Source: Nitrospirota bacterium (GTDB lineage Bacteria; Nitrospirota; UBA9217). Taken from it: DNA of 64,000 bases. A model generated the notes under the pieces. That model worked only from the letters and a program-made list of their open reading frames with translations. It was not told the origin of the DNA and searched no databases. The stretch is taken from the NCBI GenBank assembly GCA_963741205.1, contig CAVUHW010000026.1:160001-224000 (forward strand), written 5' to 3'. Of this stretch, positions 57,761-64,000 are shown piece after piece. Position numbers and translations under genes: made by a program. The first letter of the stretch is position 1. Every line of letters starts with the position of its first letter.

Positions 57761-59198
57761 CTATTCCAGGTACAGCTTTACGTTGATACCTACAGCATGC
57801 GGATTGATGGTGCCGGCGACCGTGCGCTTATAGTTTCCGCCGACGGTCTCGAGCAGGCTGATCTCCTCTCCGGATTCTTTTTCCGAGCCGTCGAATTTGT
57901 CGAGCAGCAGGACCCGGGGACGCATCAGGTCGCGCGTCTGATGCATGACCAGCCCGACCTCGCCCGTGTCGAATTTAAGGAGGGTGCCGATGGGGAAGAT
58001 GCCGATCATGTTGACGAAGGCCTTGACAAGCACGGGGTTGAAGGTCGCGCCGCGCTTCGCGAGGAGGATGCGGACGGCGTTGTCCGGCGGCATCTGCACG
58101 CTGTAATACACGCGGGCGGCCGTGAGCGCTTCATAGGCGTCCGCGAGGGCCACGATCTGCGAAAAGGGGTGCTGCCGGAGCTCGCCGTCGACCTTGCGGA
58201 TAACCGCGGACGTCTCCGTGCTGATGGTGTTCGAAGGCCGCCACCATGGCCAGCTTGGAAACGCCCGGGATGTCGGAGAGCAGCAGCGCCCCCTCGATGG
58301 GATGCCGCTTGACCAGTTCCCACTCCTCGTCTGTGAGCTTGCCCGGCTTATTGATGACCTCATGGGGGACGCTCACCTTGCCGATGTCATGCATGAGCCC
58401 GGCGACGCCGAGCGCTGCGATCTGGCGCTTCTCGAAGGACAGGTAAGTGCCGAGGGAAACGGCCAGGATCGCCGTGTTCACCGAGTGGGCAAAGGTGTAT
58501 TCGTCATACATCTTGATGCTGGTCAACCCCATGAGGGCGTCGCGGTTGTCCAGAATGTTGTCGACCATGGTCTGAACGATCGTGTTCATTTTGCGCATGC
58601 TGGCTGTCTTGTCGAGATGCACGGCCTCGACCATCTCCTTCACCGCCTCGATGGCGTCCTGGAAAACCTCGGAGGCCTTTTTCTTCCCCTCCTTGATGGC
58701 GCCCCCGACCTTTTTGTCGACGAGAAGCACCCGGTGAAGTTCGATATGCGAGATGCCCTCATGGGCGATCGCATCGATGAAGCCTCCTTGTCCGGCAGAA
58801 GAACGACGGGTCGTTGTTCATCAGGCGGGCAAAGCTGGATGAGTTCCGGCGACGTCAGGCCGGGCTTGAAGACGATCCCGCCGACGCCCTTGTCCGTAAA
58901 CTGCTCCATGAGCAGCGCAAGGCTCTGGTCGATCGGCACGGACAGGGTCTCGAAAAACAGCTCGCCGCGCACCAGATAGAAAGCCACTTCTTTCCGGTCC
59001 AGCAGCAACTCTTCGATATTGTTCCGGAGCTTGTCCGCGGACGTCAGGAGGAAGGGGTGGGCTTCGGGATAGAGGGTCGCGTTCTTCATGATGGCCGACA
59101 GCTGCTGGAAGGCCGTCCTGGCCGAGTTGATCAGCTGCTGTTTCGCGAAAAAGGACTGTCTCGCCTCTCCCCGGCTATCGCTTTGCTTCGTCCGCCAT
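57761..59198 (-). CDS. HD-GYP cyclic-dinucleotide phosphodiesterase with uncharacterised N-terminal domain (frameshifts)
   Basis: DEYTFAHSVN, HDIGK, EHH......GYP, ADAYEALT..R.Y, GIFPIGT. Confidence 0.88.
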
Positions 59199-61272
59199 CG
59201 CCCGTTCTCCTCTTGATTTCTTCCCGCGCCCGCTCCGCGGCGTCGTTGAGTTCAACTGAAGCTTCCGCGGCTTCCACCACCGGATGCGGGCATATCGTTT
59301 CAGAAATTCCGCCGCGTCCCGGCCGCCGATCTTCCCCAGCACCCTGATCGCCTCGAGCGTGAGGTCCTGTTCCTTCTTTTTGAGCGGCCGGCCTTCGAGG
59401 AACGCGAGCAGGGGCGTGGACTCCTCCGCGCCGATGCCGGGGAGTTCGGCAAAAGCGCGAATGGCCGTCGCCAGGATATCGGCGTCCTTGTCCCGCAGGA
59501 ACTTCGCCAGGACCCCGGCGGCCTTTTTCCCGCCGATGGAGAGCAGCCCCTTGATGACTTCCTGGCGGATGCGGACATTCTCGTGGTCCGCCGCCTTTCG
59601 GAGAAACGCAATGGCCTGGTCCGTCTTGCTCTCGCCGAGGATGTTGACGATATTGCGCACGAAATACCAGCGTTCGTCCGAAAGATGCTCGCCGAGCAGG
59701 GCGATCTGGTTCTTGCCGAGGTCCTTCACGAGATCGAGGTAAGAACAACCGCGCCGCCCGGTCCTGTTCCTCGGCCAGGAGCTCCAGCAGGACTTCCGTC
59801 GCCTCCCGCTCGACAGCGGACACGATAGGCATAGCCGCTCGGTATTCGGGAGAGTCCTTGGCGGTACTTCCGCAGGTCGGCGATCGCGGAGACGATGCTG
59901 GCCCGGGAAGCCGTCTTTTTCAGGGCTTCCCTCATCCTCGGTTTGAATGTCGGGTCCACGGGCAGATGAAACGCCTTGATGATCTCCGTGGCGAGGTCAT
60001 AATCTTTTTTCTGCAGGAGATAGCTCAGGATGTCTTCCAGCTGGCGAACGACGCCGGAAAAGAGGGCTATCTCCTTCTCCGCCTGCCCGGGACGGTGCGG
60101 ATTCTTTACCCGGGGCAGGAGGTAGATGAGGGTGCGCACGGACGCCTCGATGATGTCCGACTCCATTCCCGCCTCGCCCAGGGCCTTGAGCTCCGCCATT
60201 TCTTCCGGCGTGTATTCCGCCAGCTCGTTTGCCATCGCGGTCAGGTCCGGCGGGACCGGCATCGCTTCGCAGCTCGGCGGCGGACGAGGGCGGGGCCGGC
60301 GGCGCGCTTTTCTTCGCTGACGATTTTTTCAGGAGCGTCGCCACCTGCTGCACGGTCCAGGTCTCGGAAAAACGCCCGGTCTGGATTTCATGGATCGCCG
60401 AGGGCAGGTGCTGATCGAACTCCGTTTCCTGCCCTTCCGCGATTTCCGCATCCAGGTCCCCGTACAGCTTGCCGCCGATGAGCCCTTCGCGATAGGGCGG
60501 TGAAAGGGACAGGACCGACTTGGCCAGCCCATCGAACAGCTCATCGCTCTGCTCCGGCTGCTCATTCTGGATCTTGTTCCCCGCCTCCCGATACAGGGTA
60601 AAGAGGCGGTCTTCCACGCTTTCGTGGGCCGCCTTCGTCTGTTTCGCAAGCTCGACCATGCTGGCGCCGAACCGGGCCGGATCGGTCATGATGTCGCCCA
60701 GGACGAGCGTGCGGCCTGGAAAACCCAGCGGTTCCCTGACTGTCGTCTGGTCCAGGTCTCCGGAAGGGCTGCCGGCCGGCGTCTTGTCCTCCCATCCCCC
60801 CTCTGTCTTGGTCGTTATGACCTCGTCGAGCCCCGATTCGGTCACTTTGATGTGGGACGCGCCTTTTTCCCAGAGGATCGACGCGATGCCGTTTTTCATC
60901 GCCATTTCTTCCGCAGACAGGGCGAGGGCGTGATAAAGCTCCAGCAGTTCCGCCTCGGTCACCCCGGCGCTGAATACGATCTCCCGTACCCCCTTCGCGA
61001 ACAGGTCCTGGGCTATGGTCTTGTTCAATTGCCCGTCTTTTCCGACAGGGGTCCGCCGGTAGGTGAAATAGGTCTTCTGGACGCCAACGGCGTATTCCGG
61101 AGACTCCGTCAGAAAGTGGTCGAGCGACTTGATGGGATTTTTTTACCGACTGGGAGTAGACAGGGTTGTTGGGCGGATAGAGCTTCACGGCCCTGATCGC
61201 CGAGACCAGGGTCCGCATGATGTCCTGAATTTCAACGGAAAGTGATTCAGATTGTTTGTTTTCTTCCGGCAT
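59175..61272 (-). CDS. HEAT-repeat protein with uncharacterised N-terminal domain (frameshifts)
   Basis: D.RWYFVRNIV.ILG, H.NVRIRQE.I..L and further HEAT/PBS repeats; N-terminal LYPPNNP motif. Confidence 0.82.
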
Positions 61273-61274
61273 AG

Positions 61275-62504
61275 TCAGAAGGTATCATAAGCTTGCGGCC
61301 GGCTGTCAAAAGCTCCGGCCTTTTCCACTCTCGACAGGACCTCGCCCTCATGCAGCCTGGTGCTGATCAGATCGCCGGGCCGGACATCGGCCGCATCCTT
61401 CAGGATCGCGCCGGCGGGAAGCTTTCTCGTAATGCTGTATCCTCGCGACAGGATGCCCAGCGGATTCAAATGGTCCAGTCCCGCGGTCAAAGCGGTGAGG
61501 CTCGCCCGGTCCCTCCGCAGGCGGTGCCGGAGTTCAAGCGCCATGCGATGGAGCAGTTCATCCACGCGCTGGCTGTACTGCTCCAGCCTTCTGCGCGGAT
61601 CGCCGAGGAGACGCACGCTTTCCCGGACCCTGGCGCGCACGAGTTCGAGCGTTTGCTTCATGCTCCTGACCAGGCGGGCCTCAAGGGACCTGATGCCCTC
61701 CCGGATACGTGTCCTCGCTTTCCACCACCATCTCGGCCGCCGCGGACGGCGTCGGCGCGCGCAGATCGGCGGCGAAATCGGCGATGGTATAGTCCGTCTC
61801 GTGCCCGACGGCGGAGATGACCGGTATCGCGGACGCATGAATCGCCCGCGCAACCGCCTCCTCATTAAAGGCCCAGAGGTCTTCGAGGGAGCCGCCGCCG
61901 CGGCCCGCGATCACGACATCGACGCTGCGCTCGCGGTTGAAATACCGGAGCGCCTCAACGATCGCCGGCGCCGCTTCGGCGCCCTGCACCGGGACGGGAT
62001 AGATGAGAATATGCATCTTCGGATGGCGCCGCTTGATCACGCGCAGCATATCGCGGATGGCGGCGCCGGTCGGCGAGGTGATGATGCCGATGCGCCTGGG
62101 GAGGACCGGCAGCGGCTTCTTGTGCTCGAGAGTCGAACAGGCCTTCTTTCTCGAGCCGCGCCTTGAGCTGTTCGAACGCGAGTTGGAGCGCGCCGACCCC
62201 TTTGGGTTCGACATAATCGACGACGAGCTGGTATTCGCCGCGCGGTTCGTAAACGCCCACCCTGCCCGCGGCAGATGACCTGGATGCCGTGCTGGAGCGT
62301 GAATTTGAGGAACCGCTGGGATGAGCGGAACAGGACGGCCCGGACCTGGCTTTGCTCGTCCTTCAAGGTGAAATACGCGTGACCGGACTGCGGAATGCTG
62401 AGGTTCGAGATCTCGCCCTCCACCCAGACGTCGGGGAAGGTCCCTTCGAGGAGGTTCTTGATCTGGCTGGTAAGCTGCGTGACGGTCAGGATGTGAGATT
62501 TCAT
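61275..62504 (-). CDS. xseA: Exodeoxyribonuclease VII large subunit (frameshifts)
   Basis: [67 protein letters not shown]. Confidence 0.96.
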
Positions 62505-62557
62505 AATTGCCAAGCACGAAATCCGGAATTGCGAAATTCCTAAACAAGCATCGAAAT

Positions 62558-63393
62558 TCAAGTTAGCGAACGCTGAAATGGCGATTCGATATGCTCGCAA
62601 TTCTGAGCTTCGAATTTAGGATTTACATGAATTCTCTCGATCTTGTTCGCCTTTCCCGTCGATGCGTCGATATCAATGACCACGGCGCAGAGGTGCACCG
62701 GGCCCTTGGGTATCTCGAACCGGTGCGGCGTCTGGTAGAGGAACCGCCCGATTGCCTGCTCCTTCTTGACGCCGATGACCGAGTCCGTCGGCCCCGTCAT
62801 GCCCACGTCCGTAATGAACGCGGTGCCTGCCGTGAGGATGCGCTCGTCGGCGGTCTGGACATGGGTATGGGTCCCGATCACGGCGCTCGCCTTGCCGTCC
62901 ACGTGCCAGGCGAGGGCGATCTTCTCCGACGTGGCTTCCGCGTGGAAATCGATGATCACGACGCGCGTTTCCTTCTTCAGCTTTTCAATCTCGCGTATCG
63001 GCGACGCGGAAGGGGTCTTCCAGGTTCGACATGAAGACCCGGCCTTCGAGGTTCAGCACCGCGGCCTTGCCGCTCCCCGGTGGAGATGACCACGCTCCCG
63101 TACCCGGGATTGCCGTCAGGATAATTTGCCGGCCTGATGAGCCTGTCCTGCTTGGTGAGGTAGGGCTCTATCTCCTTCTTGTCCCAGACATGGTTTCCCG
63201 ACGTCAGGACGTGGATGCCCAGTGACAAGAGTTCCTCGGCGATCTCGGAGGTGATGCCGAACCCCCCGGCGGCGTTCTCTCCGTTGGCGATCACGAGATC
63301 GGGACGGTGCGTCTCCATGAGGCCGCGCATGTTCGCCCGGACCATCTTCCGGCCCGGCTCGCCGATGATGTCGCCGATGAAGAGAACCTTCAA
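62558..63393 (-). CDS. ymdB: YmdB / TIGR00282 family metallophosphoesterase (frameshifts)
   Basis: [50 protein letters not shown]. Confidence 0.93.
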
Positions 63394-63512
63394 GACAACT
63401 CCTCCAACATCGCATGAGCTCATAGATGCAGATGCCGTGATTGCGGAAGCAAATCGGCTCGATATCGACTGCACTGTCATGCACGGCATCATGCATGCCT
63501 GCATCGCTATCA

Positions 63513-64000
63513 TTACTTCGCGTACTCCACGTACCTGCTCTCGCGGACCACCGTCACCTTGATCTGGCCGGGATAGGACAGCTCCGCCTCGATCTTCTTG
63601 GCGATATCGCGTGAAAGCTGGGCCGAGTGGGCGTCCGACAGGTCCTCGGGCTTCACGATGATCCTGATCTCGCGGCCGGCCTGGATGGCGTAGGACTTCT
63701 CAACGCCCTTGAAGGAATTGGCGGCGCTCTCGAGCTGCTCAAGCCGCTTGAGGTAGCTCTCGAGCGTTTCGCGCCTCACGCCCGGCCTTCCGGCCGAAAG
63801 CGCGTCCGCGGCCGCGACGAGCACGGACTCGACGCAGTTCGGTTCGCCGTCGCCGTGGTGGGTCATGATGGCGTTGATCACCTTGGCCGACTCGCCGTAC
63901 TTCTTGGCCAGGTCGCCGCCGATCTGGGGATGGGTCCCTTCCACCTCGTGGTCGATGGACTTGCCCAGGTCATGGAGCAGGCCCGCGCGCCGCGCGAGCT
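63513..64000 (-). CDS. rny: Ribonuclease Y, 3' part (runs off window end)
   Basis: [45 protein letters not shown]. Confidence 0.96.
   Translation of the reverse strand, partial: LARRAGLLHDLGKSIDHEVEGTHPQIGGDLAKKYGESAKVINAIMTHHGDGEPNCVESVLVAAADALSAGRPGVRRETLESYLKRLEQLESAANSFKGVEKSYAIQAGREIRIIVKPEDLSDAHSAQLSRDIAKKIEAELSYPGQIKVTVVRESRYVEYAK

Overview
GC-rich bacterial chromosomal segment. Gene content suggests Nitrospirota or a relative of the former Deltaproteobacteria; this is inference. Most long genes are broken by single-base indels, including essential ones (ileS, dxs, ispA, xseA). This is the signature of uncorrected long-read assembly error, so fragments are joined here into single genes. 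The minus-strand backbone is rny-ymdB-xseA ... xseB-ispA-dxs ... tlyA ... dinB-lexA-mrcA-ileS. The normally adjacent xseA and xseB are separated by about 46 kb. That interval holds: HEAT-repeat and HD-GYP genes, a B12 radical SAM enzyme, hrpB, a nitroreductase, a toxin-antitoxin pair, a multiheme cytochrome, a giant CheB/CheR-PAS-GAF histidine kinase plus a second kinase and a response regulator, plant-type thrC and cystathionine gamma-synthase, putA, pntAB and lhr. No rRNA, tRNA, CRISPR array, integrase or transposase was recognised. Best leads: (1) a HEAT/HD-GYP gene pair sharing an uncharacterised N-terminal domain; (2) a plant-like threonine synthase plus cystathionine gamma-synthase operon; (3) a palindromic element inserted in the putA coding sequence; (4) a LexA-box-controlled, apparently leaderless dinB-lexA promoter; (5) several families of intergenic palindromic elements; (6) a Cys-rich antitoxin and a Cys-rich lipoprotein.
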